Positions 47,080 to 59,536 of a stretch of 64,000 nt of DNA are shown here, piece after piece (the stretch's first letter is position 1; each line of letters opens with the position of its first letter). This stretch comes from Squalus acanthias (lineage: Eukaryota). Position numbers and translations under genes: made by a program. The DNA lies in contig CM059432.1 in assembly GCA_030390025.1 (NCBI GenBank), forward strand, positions 61,506,001 to 61,570,000. The letters run 5' to 3'. The notes under the pieces were generated by a model. That model searched no databases, was not told the DNA's origin, and was given only the letters and a program-made list of their open reading frames with translations.

Positions 47080-48460
47080 ATCTGGAGGTTCTGTCAAAAC
47101 TTTTCCTGTCATGTTTAGTCATCACTGCAGAAAGGGGACATGGATTTCCACAAGAGAATCCCCTTACTCCGATGTCAACTATTGGCTGAAGGCCTGTGCC
47201 CAGCATGATAACTGCATTATCTGTACCAAAGTCCCCAATGCCTTTAATTTATCTGCAGCTGGAGTCTTCCAGCAGCCTCTGGTGACCTTTGCCACATTAG
47301 TGAGGCAGCAGCTTAACGCTGTATAAAGAAAGTTATTGATGGTGTTTTCAAGCAGGCTGCACAATTCATATTCTTCCCAATGAATCCAGAAAAGCAGAGA
47401 GCAAGCTATCCTTAGGGATGGGCAATAAATGCTGGCCTTGCCAGCGACATCCACATCCCATAAACGAATAACAAAAATTCTACAGGGTCCCCTCGCAAGT
47501 GCAAGGAGTAACTGCCAGAACTCAAGTGAAACTCAAAAGCTTGATATGACAACACCCTCAAGTTCATGAACAGGAATGGTTTTCATTTCATCAATATGCA
47601 GCTAATGTGTGATGCACACATCCTGCATGCGACTGCCCCATACCCAGGAAGCCATAATGAGCCTTTCATCATGCAGCAGAGGAGGGCAGTAGATATAATG
47701 AAGCCCGTGACTGTCCGCGCCATTGTTTATGCTCCCGATAATGGGCCATAACCAATTTTTACTTCACGAAGTGCTTCCTCCTGAGTAGGTGACTTGGGGC
47801 TGATGGTGGAGTAGGTGAGTAGGCTGATGGTGGAGTAGGTGCAAATCCATTGGCAGGATAGGCGCACCAACGTCCGTGTTCTCGCTCAGGCCAACATCCC
47901 CAGCATCGAAGCTTTGACCACGCTCGATCAGCTCCGATGGACAGGCCACATCGTCCACATGCCTGATACGAGACTCCCAAAACAAGTGCTCTATTTGGAG
48001 CTCCGACACGGCAAGAGAGCCCCAGGTGGGCAGAGGAAACGCTTCAAGGACACCCTCAAAGCCTCCTTGAAAAAGTGCAACATCCCCTCCGACACCTGAG
48101 AATCCCTGGTCCAAGACCGCTCAAAGTGGAGGAGAAGCATCCGGGAAGGCGCCGAACACCTCGAGCCTCTTCGCCGGGAGCAAGCGGAAGCCAAGCGCAA
48201 ACAGCGGAAGGAGCGCACATCAACCCAAGCACCCCACCCACCGTCTGCCCCACCTGTGACAGAGACTGTCGATCCCGCATTGGACTCATCAGTTACCTGA
48301 GAACTCATTTTTAGTGTGGAAGCAAGTCATCCTCGGTTCCGAGGGACTGCCTAAGAGAGAGAGAGAGAGAGAGTAGGTGAGATGCCATGATGAAGTTGGT
48401 GAGCATGTGACAGCAGCTGTGGATCTGAAACTGCACAGGTGGTCATCGGAGCTCCTGACC
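47080..48460 (+). pseudogene. H4 highly degenerate Harbinger transposase, with LINE-tail and RTE insertions
   Basis: FNLSAAGVFQQ; FMNRNGFHFINMQLMCD..YPGSHNEPFI (ORF 47566-47751). Boundaries approximate. Confidence 0.65.
47842..48370 (+). mobile_element. RTE-clade (BovB-like) LINE 3' fragment
   Basis: QIHWQDRRTNVRVL..RLPKQ..GGQRKRFKD; (GA)n tail; TSD GAGTAGGTG (47833-41, 48371-79). Confidence 0.9.
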
Positions 48461-49200
48461 TCTTACTCCAAGGAACCCACTACAAAAATAGAAGAGATTT
48501 GTTTAGTTGTGCACACAGTGACATTTCCCTTTTGGAAAAAATAGCAGCTGAGTGTAAGGGCAATGCAATACTTTAAGAAAGCAATAAAGCTGACATTACC
48601 TATGATGAGCTTTGCTCAGCCTTTACAAACCTTCCTTTGCCACCTTCCCTCCATCCTCACCATCTCCCACAGCCTCTCCTGTCTGTCTGCCTACTATCTG
48701 CAGGGTTTCCTCTTTGAACACATTCAGGGTTTTCATTACTAGCATCTTTCCTCCAGTTACAGTTTTTTAGCTTTTCCCCCGTATGAGCACATGCATCCCA
48801 TGATGCTAAGACCTGAAGAAGCATCGTTCCTTTAAATCAACTGTCCATCAAGACTACCATAATCCTTTGTAGCAGACAATTTGAGTTGACAGACTGGATC
48901 TGAGTTAAGATGGTGCTTCAGTGTTTCAAGAGGGTCTTCTTTGCAGACGTCCGTTTTCCTGACACTCGGGTAATGACGAAGAAATAACATGAGAGGTAAG
49001 GCAGTGAGTGAAGCCTCTATCATTTGTACAAGTGCGCAGTGGGTACAGTGTCTTGATGTATCTCAGTCATGAGATCTCTTCCTGCATTTTGTGGCAGTTT
49101 TTCAAGTGGTCGAGGTTGCACTTGCTGCTTCAGCAACTGACCACCACAGGATCTAAAACACCCACTTATGAGGCTTCTTGCCCTCAGTCTCCAACAATCT

Positions 49201-50518
49201 GGGGTCAATTTTAACTCGGGGGCGGGATTTGGAGGGTACGGGTGCCAAAGTGTGCGGCGATTCGTCTGGCCGCCCGGAAGATTTTAACTCTCAGGCCTCC
49301 CTTGAATATCCTGAAACTGACTTCCACCTGAAGCCATTGGGAATGACGTCAACGCCAGTGAGCAAGAGTGGAAAGTCACGGAGGGTCAAGCCACTGCTGA
49401 GGACCCACAGACAAGTCCCCCACAAGGTAAGCCAGCAAGAAGGGGGATTGGGAACGATCGCAGTTGGGGGAGAGGAGAAGAAGCCTGGGACAGGGGAAGC
49501 CCAAGGTATCCTAGCAGGTCCCCAGGGAGCATGCCTGCTCTTTCTGGCCCAGAAGGAATGCTTGCCTTTATTAGCCGTGGCATAGAATACAAGAGCAGGG
49601 AGGTTATGCTTCAACTGTATAAAACACTAGTTAGGCCTCAGCTAGAGTACTGCGTGCAGTTCTGGTCACCACATTACAGGAAAGATGTGATTGCGCTGGA
49701 GTGGGTACATAGGAGATTTACAAGGATGTTGCCGGGAGTAGAGAATTTTCGCTATGAGAAAAGACTGGATAGGCTGGGTCTGTTTTCCTTGGAACAGAGG
49801 AGGCTGAGGGGAGACCTTATTGAGGTGTATAAAATTATGAGGGGCCTAGATAAAGTGGATAGAAAGGACCTATTTTCCTTAGCAGAGGGGTCAAAAACCA
49901 GGGGGCACAGATTTAAAGTAATTGGTGGAAGGTTTAGAGGGGATTTGAGGGGAAATGTCTTCACCCAGAGGGTTGTGGGGGTCTGGAACTCACTGCCTGA
50001 AAGGGTGGTAGAGGCAGGAACCCTAACCACATTTAAAAAGTACTTGGATGTGCACTTGGGATGCTCTAATCTGCAGGGCTACGGACCAAGAGCTGGGAAG
50101 TGGGATTAGGCAGGATAGCTCTTTGTTGGCCGGCGCAGACACGATGGGCCAAAATGGCCTCCTTCCGTGCTGTAACTTTCTATGATTCTATGAAGGATTC
50201 CACATAAAAATAATTTATTCAATCTTACCGTGGCCTCTTCTGGCCACTGTGGACTTCCGCCATGATTCAGATGTCGAGGTTGGCCCTGTGCGGGCCTTTC
50301 GAATGCAGAAGTTAAAATGCCGATTACAGCAACTTTCAGATTGAAATTCGGCTTCCGTCTGCCTGCAGCGGGAGCCTCGGACAACTTCAAAGTTGGTGAA
50401 GATAAAATGTTGCTGGGCGGGAACAGTGTGACCTTGGGATAGTAAGTGGATTTGGATGATTTTAATCCCTCCCACACACCATTTTCGCTGGGGGGGGGGT
50501 GGGGTTAGAATCGACCCC
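49201..50518. mobile_element. Harbinger-type MITE with a CR1 insertion
   Basis: TIRs GGGGTCAATTTTAAC / GTTAGAATCGACCCC (13/15) and TCT TSD (49198-200, 50519-21). Confidence 0.85.
49558..50191 (+). mobile_element. Young 5'-truncated CR1
   Basis: Open ORF2 C-terminus to the stop at 50109, ATTCTATG tail, GAAGGA TSD (49552-57, 50192-97). Confidence 0.92.
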
Positions 50519-50934
50519 TCTGGTCCCTTCTAGCCCTTACTCCAGCTAGTAAAACATCCATTGATGTAACTGAATCTGAGAGCCATTCAAGCTGCTGACC
50601 CACTTCCCCACTTCCCCACCCCATATTGGAGGCTGCTGCTTTTTCAGTCATTGTGGATCCTGTTCTCCAAATTTGCAGGCCCCACTTTAAATTGCTGCAG
50701 TGTTTTAAACGCTGCAGTCTGTTTAACCCTCCAAGCAGTGGTAACCCAATAAAGATTGGTATTACTGAGCTAATCACATCCTGTATACCTAATTAGGGGC
50801 CCCTGAAGAAAAACTGTCAGGTTAGCGGCAGAATCACGTAGGCAGGCAGACGACCTGGCCCATCACTAACCTGCCAATCATAAGAAGGTCCAGGCCAATG
50901 CCAGAAAGCTGTGGCCGAGACAAACAGGGTCCTG

Positions 50935-51325
50935 GGCTGCATTTATTAAAAAACTGGAGGTATAACAATAGGGTTAAATAAGGCATTGGTTAAACCTCCT
51001 TTGGTGTTCTGTGTTCAGTTTTGTTGTCCCCCAGCTCAGGAATGGCATTGTAATTGTGGAGAAGATGCAGAGAAGGGGAACAAGGATGATCCCTGGCCTG
51101 AGAGATATTAAGATAGTCTTGATGACTTGAGTCTGTACTTGATGGAGAGACTTAGAAGGGATCTGATCCAGGTAGATAGTGTGTTTAATATGATGGAAAC
51201 AGATAGAACTAGGTGCCACCCTGATAAATTGAGGAATGAGATTGCATGTCTTTAAGTTTTCCTTTTCCCAGAGCTTGATCAATCTATGGAACAGGATTCC
51301 AGAGGAGGTAGTGAAGACAAAGATT
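50935..51325 (+). mobile_element. Old degenerate CR1 3' fragment
   Basis: Remnants KALVKP..CVQF, MQRRGTRMIPGL and FSQSLINLWNRIPEEVV. Confidence 0.65.
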
Positions 51326-51811
51326 TTGAAAATCTGGGATCCTGCTCCGCTGCTCATTGATGTCGACCCTGTCCCAAATCATGGACAGAGAGTCAGTTCC
51401 ATATTCCACACTACAATGAGCGTATCAGAGGCACTAGCACAACACCAACTGTTTTGATAGGGGAGCACGGAGGCCCAGAGAGGACTGAGCAAATAAGGTA
51501 AGCAAATTTATTTTTGCTCATAAGAGAGTAAGCCGACAGCTTTTTAAAATAAATCGATTCCTCTGGGATCAATTACTTTTCTCTTGGGCAGTCTTGGGGC
51601 TTTACTAGACCCACAACAGAACTCATGCCAGCTCTCAACTGGGCCTAAGGGGAGTGCTCCTCCTGCCCTGCATTTATCAACCCAATCTGCTCACCTCACC
51701 TGCTTCTCCATCACCAACAGTCTCTCCTGTTTATCTTCCTCCTCGTGCGCACTTAAAGTTTTCAATATTTTGTAGGTGATGAATGCTCCATTTTGAGATA
51801 TTGTGGCCTCG

Positions 51812-52242
51812 GTGTCAGCTGTGGCTCAATTGGTAGCACTGTCGCCTCTGAGTCCTGCTCCAGAGACTTGAGCACAAAAATCTAGGCTGACACTCCAGTG
51901 CTGCACTGTCGGAGGTGCTGTCTTTTGGATGAGGCGTTAAACCGAGGCCCTGTCTGCTCTCTCAAGTGGATGTAAAAGATCCCCATGCACTATTTTGAAG
52001 AAGACTAGGAGAGTTATCTCTGGTGTCCAGGCCAATATTTATCCCTCAATCAACATCACTAAAACACATTATCTGGTCATTATCACATTGCTGTTTGTGG
52101 GAACTTGCTGCGCGCAAATTGGCTGCCGCATTTCCTACATTACAACAGTGACTACACTTCAAACTTCTTGGCTGTACAGCGCTTTGTGATGTCCGGTGGT
52201 CGTGAAAAGCGCTATATAAATGCAAATCTTTCTTTCTTTCTT
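51812..52242 (+). mobile_element. Near full-length DeuSINE (B-box region deleted)
   Basis: tRNA-like head GTGGCTCAATTGGTAGCAC, Deu domain, tail GCTATATAAATGCAAATCTTTCTTTC. Confidence 0.85.
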
Positions 52243-52314
52243 TCGATATTAACCCTCCTACGACGACCACAACCCAACCCCCAGCACTGATCTCTGGCCT
52301 TATAATTTGTCATT

Positions 52315-52545
52315 CTCCCCCTCCCTCACAATCACAGGCCTCTGCCTCCCCCCGCCGCCCTGATTGCCAACCTCCCCCCACCAGCCATGATTGCCAAACT
52401 CCTTCCCCCCCCCCCACCCACCCTGCCGATCACAGGCCTCCCGTTCCCACCCCAGCCTCGATTGCCGACTTTACCCCCCCCCCCCCCCCCTCCCGATTGC
52501 TGAGGACCTTCTCCCCCCGCTACCCACACTCCTGATTGCCGGAGG
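52315..52545 (+). repeat. Degenerate C-rich tandem repeat (CCCCC..GATTGCC..CCT units), probably MITE interior
   Basis: About 7 imperfect units visible. Confidence 0.55.
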
Positions 52546-52919
52546 TACAAGATGTTGTTGAGGTCCTGCCATTAAGATTGGCAGGACCGCTGCGATCCTG
52601 GCCTTGCCGGGTTATTCAGCCGTATTTGGCCTCATCCCCGACTGCCCCATAAATAACAGGGCCTTTGTGTTTGCAAATGAGAGTGATATTGAAAAAGGGC
52701 AGATTTTGAATATTAAGATACAGTGGACTAGAAATTCGGCTCTATAGCGCCCGATTTTTCGGGACTACAGGTGCCATTTTGTGTTGAAAATGGCGGCTGC
52801 GCCGTGTGCACACTCTTCTGGTGCAGGCCGCGCCAGACCCCATTTTGGTGAGGACGGTATGGTGTGCGTTAGGAGCGTACACTGTAAGTATGTAGAGTAG
52901 GCAGATCATGATGTCATTC

Positions 52920-54116
52920 GGTGCCAAAAAAAGTTTAATGACCTCATGCGGCAGGTCAAGGTGAGTGAAGGCTTCAGCAAATGCCATATCCCACCATCTG
53001 CACCACTAGCCACACACACTGCTCAATGCACCACACCCCCAGCACTCACCTATCAACAATCTCTAGCTATCACCTCTCACACCTCACAATCCTTGCTTCA
53101 CTTCACCCTCACAACCTTACTACTGCTGCAACATTCACACCCACTTCTCACACCTTGCACACACTGACAGCTATTCAACTATGACAGGCACATCACCAAA
53201 ACACACTTCCCTTTCTCTTGCAGGCAAAGGTGGCTCCTAACAGGAGGAAGCAACAGCAAACGGGAGGTGGCCAAGCCGCAATACAGAACCTCACCGACCT
53301 GGAGGAATCAGTGCTTGACATAATTGGAGGGGTAGTGTCGGAGTCCGTGGCCACCGGAGAAGATGAAGCTATTGCTGATAATGACGGTATGGTCATACCT
53401 AATCCATCTTCCCACATCCCACTTATCAGTGTCAAGGAGCATGGCTCCAACATTGGTCAGGGCTTTGCGCAGAGTTTAGAGCTCATGATTTCCAGGATGG
53501 AAATGATGGACAACTCCAGGAGAGACCTTGTGGACCCAGCCATAATGCTGCGTGTGATGAGCGATGTCGCAGCTTCCATTACAGCACAGGCGGAAGCGAC
53601 CCAATGTCTCCGTGCTGCAGTGGAAGCGCAGACTGCTCTCCTGCAGGCTCAGCTTGCTGCCACACAAGCTCAGACTGCTGCCATCGTTGCTGGGTTTATG
53701 AGTGTCGAAAGGGGCTTGCAGGGTGGCGCCACAGCCCAGCAATCTGTCCTCCAACAAATTGCTAGGAATGCTGAGGCGCCGCCGCCCGGGGGAGTGGCAG
53801 TGGGTCTATGGAGCAAGAACCTGCTGTCCTCTCTCAGGATGACAGCATTCCTACTCCCACCACTGCCACTCCGCCATTGCCCTTGCCGCTGCCTATCGAC
53901 CAGCCAGCCCAGTCTGCTGCCACCCATGCCGAGGTGGTGCAGTCTACAGCCGGTCCTTCTGGGTCCACAGCTGCTCGAGATCGTCCCGCAAGGCCATCTG
54001 TAGTCTCCCCCACTGAAATTCAGCAGCCCTCCACCAGCCATGCTGCAGCCACTGAGGGAGCACTGCGTAAGAGCACTAGAGTAGGTAAAGGCACACGAAC
54101 GACAGACACTAAGTGA
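52920..54116 (+). pseudogene. H5 Myb partner gene, lacking most of exon 1 and the start of exon 3
   Basis: CQKKFNDLMRQVK|gtgagt (52960); exon 2 53224-53386 (KVAPNRRKQQQTGGG); exon 3 remainder ending STRVGKGTR. Confidence 0.78.
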
Positions 54117-54304
54117 ATGCACAAGGATGATTAGTGGATATTGTAATGTTGATTGGATTTGGAAAAATTGATGATTTTTGTTTGGAATGTGTGTTTTGTG
54201 GTGGCTCTCATTTCAGCTTTGTGCCCAGGAGGACACTGTGATATTCTGTGACAGAGGGATGGTATGATGGGGAAGTGGTGAGCAACGGGGATCTGAGGTT
54301 TAAT

Positions 54305-55428
54305 TCACTGGAATCGGAGTCTTCTGAGGCGTTCACGGGCAGCCCGTCCCTAACTGGGATTTGCTGCCTACCTCCTCCCTCCTCTTCCTCTTCCTCCTCC
54401 TTGTCCACTTCCTCCTCCTCTCCCTGAGGTGGTCCCGCAATCCCTGGTGGCAAGGGCTGCGCCCTCATGATGGCCAAGTTGTGGAGCATGCAGCAGACCA
54501 ACAGGAAATGGGACACCTGCGTACTGGAGGGCTCCTCCCGAGCAGTCAAGGCAGCGGAACTGTTGCTTGAGCACCAAGATGCTCTACTCGATAATGTTGT
54601 TGGTGGCAGCATGGCTCTCATTATATGAGTGCTGGGCACAAGTGTTGGGGTTGCGGAGGAGAGTTATCAGCCAGGTACAGAGCGGATAGCAGCCACCCTC
54701 AGGTTTGACGTGGTAGCTGGAAGATTGCTGGCACACCGGACTGGCACAGAATGAAGGCATCATGACTGCTGCCAGGGTCGCGGGCATTCACCATCATGAT
54801 GGGTTGGGTGTGATCGCACAACAACTGCACATTATGTGAGTGGTAGCCTTTGTGGTTACAGAACATCTCAGGATTGGTATGCAGTGCCCGCAAAGTCACG
54901 TGTGTGCAGTTGATGGCACCCTACACCATGGGGAAACCCACTATCCTGGCAAAGCCACATGCGTGCTCGTCCTGCTTCTCTCTGTTCAGAGAGAATGCAA
55001 TGTAGTCCCTTCTCCTGGAGTAGAGAGCCTCTGTGACCTCCCAGATGCAGCAATGGACGGCGAATTGGGAGATGTTAGCTATGTCTCCTGCTACAGACTG
55101 GAAGGATCCACTGGCGAAGAAATTGAGGGCCACGGTGGCCTTGAGGGCCACTGGGAGAGCCATGGTCACCCTGCTCAGTGGCTGCAGGTCTGGTTGCAGG
55201 AGGTGACAGAGTTCTGTGACTACCTCCTTGCTGAAGCAGAGCCTCCTAATACACTGCTCCTCACTTAAGTGGAGGTAAGAGAAGTGCTCTCGGAAGACCC
55301 TAGGTGGGTAAGCCATCCTGTTGAGAAATCTCCTGCCCCTTCTCCTCCTCCAGCATCTCCTCTTTGCTCCCTCCGTTTCTCTCCCAAAGATACTTGAGCA
55401 TGAGGGAGCCTGCAAGTAGAGCCCCCAT
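54305..55428 (-). pseudogene. H5 Harbinger transposase, frameshifted
   Basis: [66 protein letters not shown]. Confidence 0.9.
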
Positions 55429-55929
55429 GACTGTGAGCAAATGGTGTGAACAGAAGCCTTTAAATGAGAATCAAGGTGTTCTCCACTCTCAGCAACACTC
55501 CCTGTCACCTCAGCAACTTTAACCAAGTTTAGAAAGCTGCAAGAATTGCAGAAATTTGTACAGAGCCAGGAAAACTGAGAAACCATGTCAGCTGCAAGTT
55601 GTTGATTGTGATCCCTTTAAATAGCGCTGCTGGGGGCTCCTTCCTGCTGCTGAACGCTTGGTCAGCTGGTTGTGATTAAGAGAGGGCGGTAAATGGAGCG
55701 GCGACATCGAAAATGGCAGATCGTGTGTCAAATCAGCGTTGCACACTCATTGACGTCACGATCTGCCTCATTTCCATTTCTGCAGCGAGCGCTGGCAACG
55801 GCAGCGCTGCTGACCTGTCCAAAATGGTGGCCACCGCAGGACTCGCTGGAAGCATGTTGGCCACCATTTTTTCATCAGAACTGGCCTTAACGGCTGGCAC
55901 TAAACCCCCAAATTGCTCAGCCAACATGT

Positions 55930-58900
55930 TTAGTATCTCAGTGGTTCTTGTTAAACTTGAGTAAATAATTTAGCCTTTTTCCTCACTAAGTTAGGGCAGT
56001 GGGTTAAACGATTTATTAGTCTAATAAATAGAGGTATGGCAGGCCATCAGTCCCGTCGAATGCATATCCTGTGCTCTGTGCGAAGTCCAGGATGCCTCTT
56101 GTGTCCTGGACAACCACATGTGCAGGAACTGTCGTCAGCTGGAGGAGCTCGATCTCAGGATTTTGGAGCTTGAGCAGCGGCTGGCGTCACTGCAGTGCAT
56201 CCGCGATGCTGAGAGCTACGTGGATAGCAGGTTTCAGGAGGAGGTCACCCTGCAGCTTAAGAGTTTTCAGGCAGAGAGGGAATGGGTTACCGGTAGACAG
56301 ACAAGGAGGACCAGGCAGGTAGTGCAGGAGTCCCCTGAGTGCATCTTGCTCTCTAACGGGTATGGGTGAGGACGATGGTTCCTCTGGAGAGTACAGCCAG
56401 AGCCAAGCTCATGGCATCACGAGTGGCTCAGCTGTACAGGGAGACGCTGAAGGTCAGGAAAGCAATACTGACAGGGGATTAAATAGTTAGGGGAACAGAC
56501 AGGCGTTTCTGTAGCCGCAGACGTGACTCCAGGATGGCATGTTGCCTCCCTGGTGCCAGGGTCACGGATGTCACTGAGCGGCTGCAGGCTATCTGAGGGG
56601 GGAGGGTGAACAGCAGAGTTCAAGGTCCATATCGGTACCAATGACCTAGGTAGAAAGAGGGATGTGGTTCTGCAGGCAGATTTTAAGGAGCTAGGAAAGA
56701 GATTAATAAGCAGGACCTCAAAGGTAGTAATCTCCGGATTACTCCCGGTGCCACGCGTGAGTGAGTAAAGAAATAGAAGGATAGAGCAGATGAATGCGTG
56801 CAGGAGGGAGGGCTTTAGATTCCTAAGGCTTTGGGACCAGTTCTAGGGGAGGTGGGACCTGTACAAGCCGGACGAGTTGCACCTCATCAGGGCTGGGACT
56901 AATATCCTCGTGGGGGTGGAGGATTGCTAATGCTGTTGGGGATGGTTTAAACTAGCTTAGCAGGGGGATGTGAACCTGAGTATAGATTCAGAAGAGAGAG
57001 AAGCAAAGCTGGAAATGGAAGGCAGAAAATTAATAAGTGAGTTTGGAAGGCAGAGGAAACAAAGGCTAGAAAATAGACAGCAAAGGAGTTTGGTAGTGCT
57101 TTTTTTTATTCGTTCATGGGATGTGGGCATCACTGGCAAGGCCAGCATTTATTGCCCATCCCTAATTGCCCTTGAGAAGATGGTGGTGAGCCACCTTCTT
57201 GAACTGCTGCAGTCTGTGTAGTGAAGGTACTCCCACAGTACTATTAGGGAGGGAGTTCCAAGATTTTGACCCAGTGACGATGAAGGAACGGCGATATATT
57301 TCCAAGTCAGGATGGTGTGTGACTTGGAGGGGAACTTGGAGGTGGCGGTGTTCCCATGCGCCTGCTGCCCCTGTCCTTCTCGGTAATAGAGATCGCGGGT
57401 TTGGTAATATATACTTAATGGTATATACTTCAATGCAAGGAGTCTAGTGAATTAGGCAGATGAGCTGAGGACACAGATAGACACGTGGAAGTATGATATC
57501 AGCTATAACTGAAACATGGCTGAAAGAAGGGCAGGAATGGCAACTCAACATTCCTGGTTACAGGGTTTTCAGACGAGATAGAGAGGGGGATAAAATAGGA
57601 GAGGGGAATCACAATATTGGTTAAAGAAACAATTACAGCTGTGAGGAGGGATGATATGTTAGAAGGATCATCAAATGAGGCCATATGGGTTGAACTGAAG
57701 AGCATAAAAGGGGCAATTACACTGCTGGGAGTGTACTATAGACCCGCAAATGGTCAGAGGGAGATAGAAGAGCAAATATGTAGGCAAATTTCTGAGAAGT
57801 GCAAAAACAATAGGGCATTAATAGTCGGGGATTTCAACTACCCTAGTATTAACTGGGATAGAATCAGTATAAAAGGAATAGAGGGCGCAGAATTCTTAAA
57901 ATGCATTCAGGAGAACTTTTTTAGCCAGTACACAGCAAGCCCAACAAAAGAGGGGGTGGTTCTGGACGTAGTTTTAGGCAATGAAGCTGGGCAGGTAGAA
58001 GTGATATCAGTGGGAGAGCATTTTGGTGGCCGTGATCATAATTCAGTTAGATTTAGAGTAGTTATGGAAAAGGACAAAGATAATCCAGGAGTAAAAGTTC
58101 TCAATTGGGGAAAGGCCAATTTTACTAAGCTATGCTAATGTGATTTAGCAAAAGTAGACCGGAAACAGCTACTTGAAGATAAATCAGTGTCAAAGCAGTG
58201 GGAGGCATTCAAGGAGGAGATAGTGAGGGTCCAGAGCAAATATGTTCCCACAAAGAAAAAGGGTGGGACTCCCAAATCTAGAAACCCCTGGATGTCAAGG
58301 AGCATACAGGGTAGGATAAGGCAAAAAAGGGAAGCTTATGTCAGCTACCGAGAGCTAAATACTACAGAAAGCCTAGAGGAGTATAGAAAATGCAGGGGTG
58401 AAATTAAAAAGGAAATTAGGAAAGCAAAGAGAGGGCATGAGAAAATATTGACAAATAAAATCCAAAGATGTTTCTGGTCACCGCATTACAGGAAAGATGT
58501 GATTGCACGAGAGAGGGTACAGAGGAGATTTACGAGGATGTTGCCAGGACTGGAGAATTTTAGCTGTGAGGAAAGATTGGATAGGCTAGGGTTGTTTTCT
58601 TTGCAACAGAGGAGGCGGAGGGGAGATTTAATTGAGGTGCATAAAATTATGATGGGCCTAGATAGATTGGTAGGAAGGACCTATTTCCCTTAGCAGAGAG
58701 GTCAATAACCAGGGGGCATAGATTTAAAGTAATTTGTAGAGGGATTAGAGGGGAGTTGAGGAGAATATTATTCACCCAGAGGGTGTTGGGGGTCTGGAAC
58801 TCACTGCATGAAAAGGTGGTAGAGGCAGAAACTCTCATCGCATTTGAAAAATATTTAGCTATGCATACTTAGATATGCACTTGAAGTGCCGTGACCTACA

Positions 58901-59013
58901 AAGCTGTGGACCAAGAGCTGAAAAGTGGGAGTAGGCTGGATAGCTCTTTTTCGGCTGGCACAGGTCAGGCACGATGGGCCGAATGGGCTCCTTCTGTGCC
59001 GTAAATTTCTATG
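55930..59013 (+). mobile_element. CR1 LINE with ORF1 and endonuclease but the RT core deleted (junction about 58470)
   Basis: ORF1 from about 56036 (HMCRNC, HIGTND); endonuclease ORF 57617-58138; ORF 58187-58693 jumps from the linker straight to FWSPHYRKD; TTCTATG tail. Confidence 0.9.
57100..57405 (-). mobile_element. CR1/L2-group LINE 3' fragment (same family as 44837-45386)
   Basis: Reverse complement of about 45080-45385. Confidence 0.85.
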
Positions 59014-59173
59014 ATACTGGCTCTGTGTATGCTTGTCGAAGTGTTTGGTGATTTCCAGAGTTGTTTAAAGTTGGTGAGGGGACAGGGAGTGGTGCTGCAA
59101 ATGGAGAAGGCCTTGGTTCTGACTTCAAGGGTTCTGACTTCAAGGGTTCTGGTGAGACCATTTGCTCCCAGTC

Positions 59174-59367
59174 ATGGGTGCTGTAGTTGCCATCCCCCTT
59201 GGCCTGCAGCATGACAGGGAGATGGAGCAGAGACAGCAAAGAAGAGGATAAGCTGCTCGCAGATGGAGGAGGAAGAGGAGGCACAGGAGGAAGGGAGGAA
59301 GCAACCAGCACATCCTGTCTGCAGCTGAGCTGTCCATGATCACCTCTTGCGACTACGGTTCCACTGA
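59174..59367 (+). pseudogene. H6 transposase reduced to fused N- and C-termini
   Basis: MGAVVAIPLGLQHDREMEQR (cf. H2 MGAVVCIPPGLQHDRENEQR) joined to EEEAQEEGRKQP..LRFH*. Confidence 0.8.
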
Positions 59368-59536
59368 ACATGACCCCAAATCCCCATTGCACAACAGTTC
59401 CACACCTTACCATCCCTCTGTTCCGGACCATCACAGCGTCCTCTTGGCCACAATGCTGCAATAAAAGCCACCACAAAAGAAATATTCAAAACCAACTTTA
59501 TACATCAATCCATCCAATATTACGTAACAAAGGCAA

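Larger units (their letters stand above)
48830..50680 (-). pseudogene. H4 Myb/SANT remnant; exon 1 split by a MITE
   Basis: SMDVLLAGVRARRDQ (about 50565-50520) continues after the MITE as RLLETEGKKP..WWSVAEAAS..KCRKRSHD (about 49197-49068). Confidence 0.6.
52724..55922. mobile_element. PIF/Harbinger element H5 (deleted Myb gene +, transposase -)
   Basis: Left end GGACTAGAAATTCGG; gene pair homologous to H2; right TIR degenerate. Confidence 0.8.

Noticed and set aside
48812..48840. Second hammerhead candidate (CTGAAGA)
   Set aside because: No helix II or GAAA follows.
51812..51860. tRNA gene
   Set aside because: tRNA-derived SINE head only; there is no cloverleaf and the B box is deleted.
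52315..52545. CRISPR-like repeat/spacer array
   Set aside because: Degenerate low-complexity units without unique spacers, in a vertebrate context with no cas genes.
59114..59151. 15-bp tandem duplication GGTTCTGACTTCAAG
   Set aside because: Local slippage in a dead element, absent from the H2/H5 equivalents.
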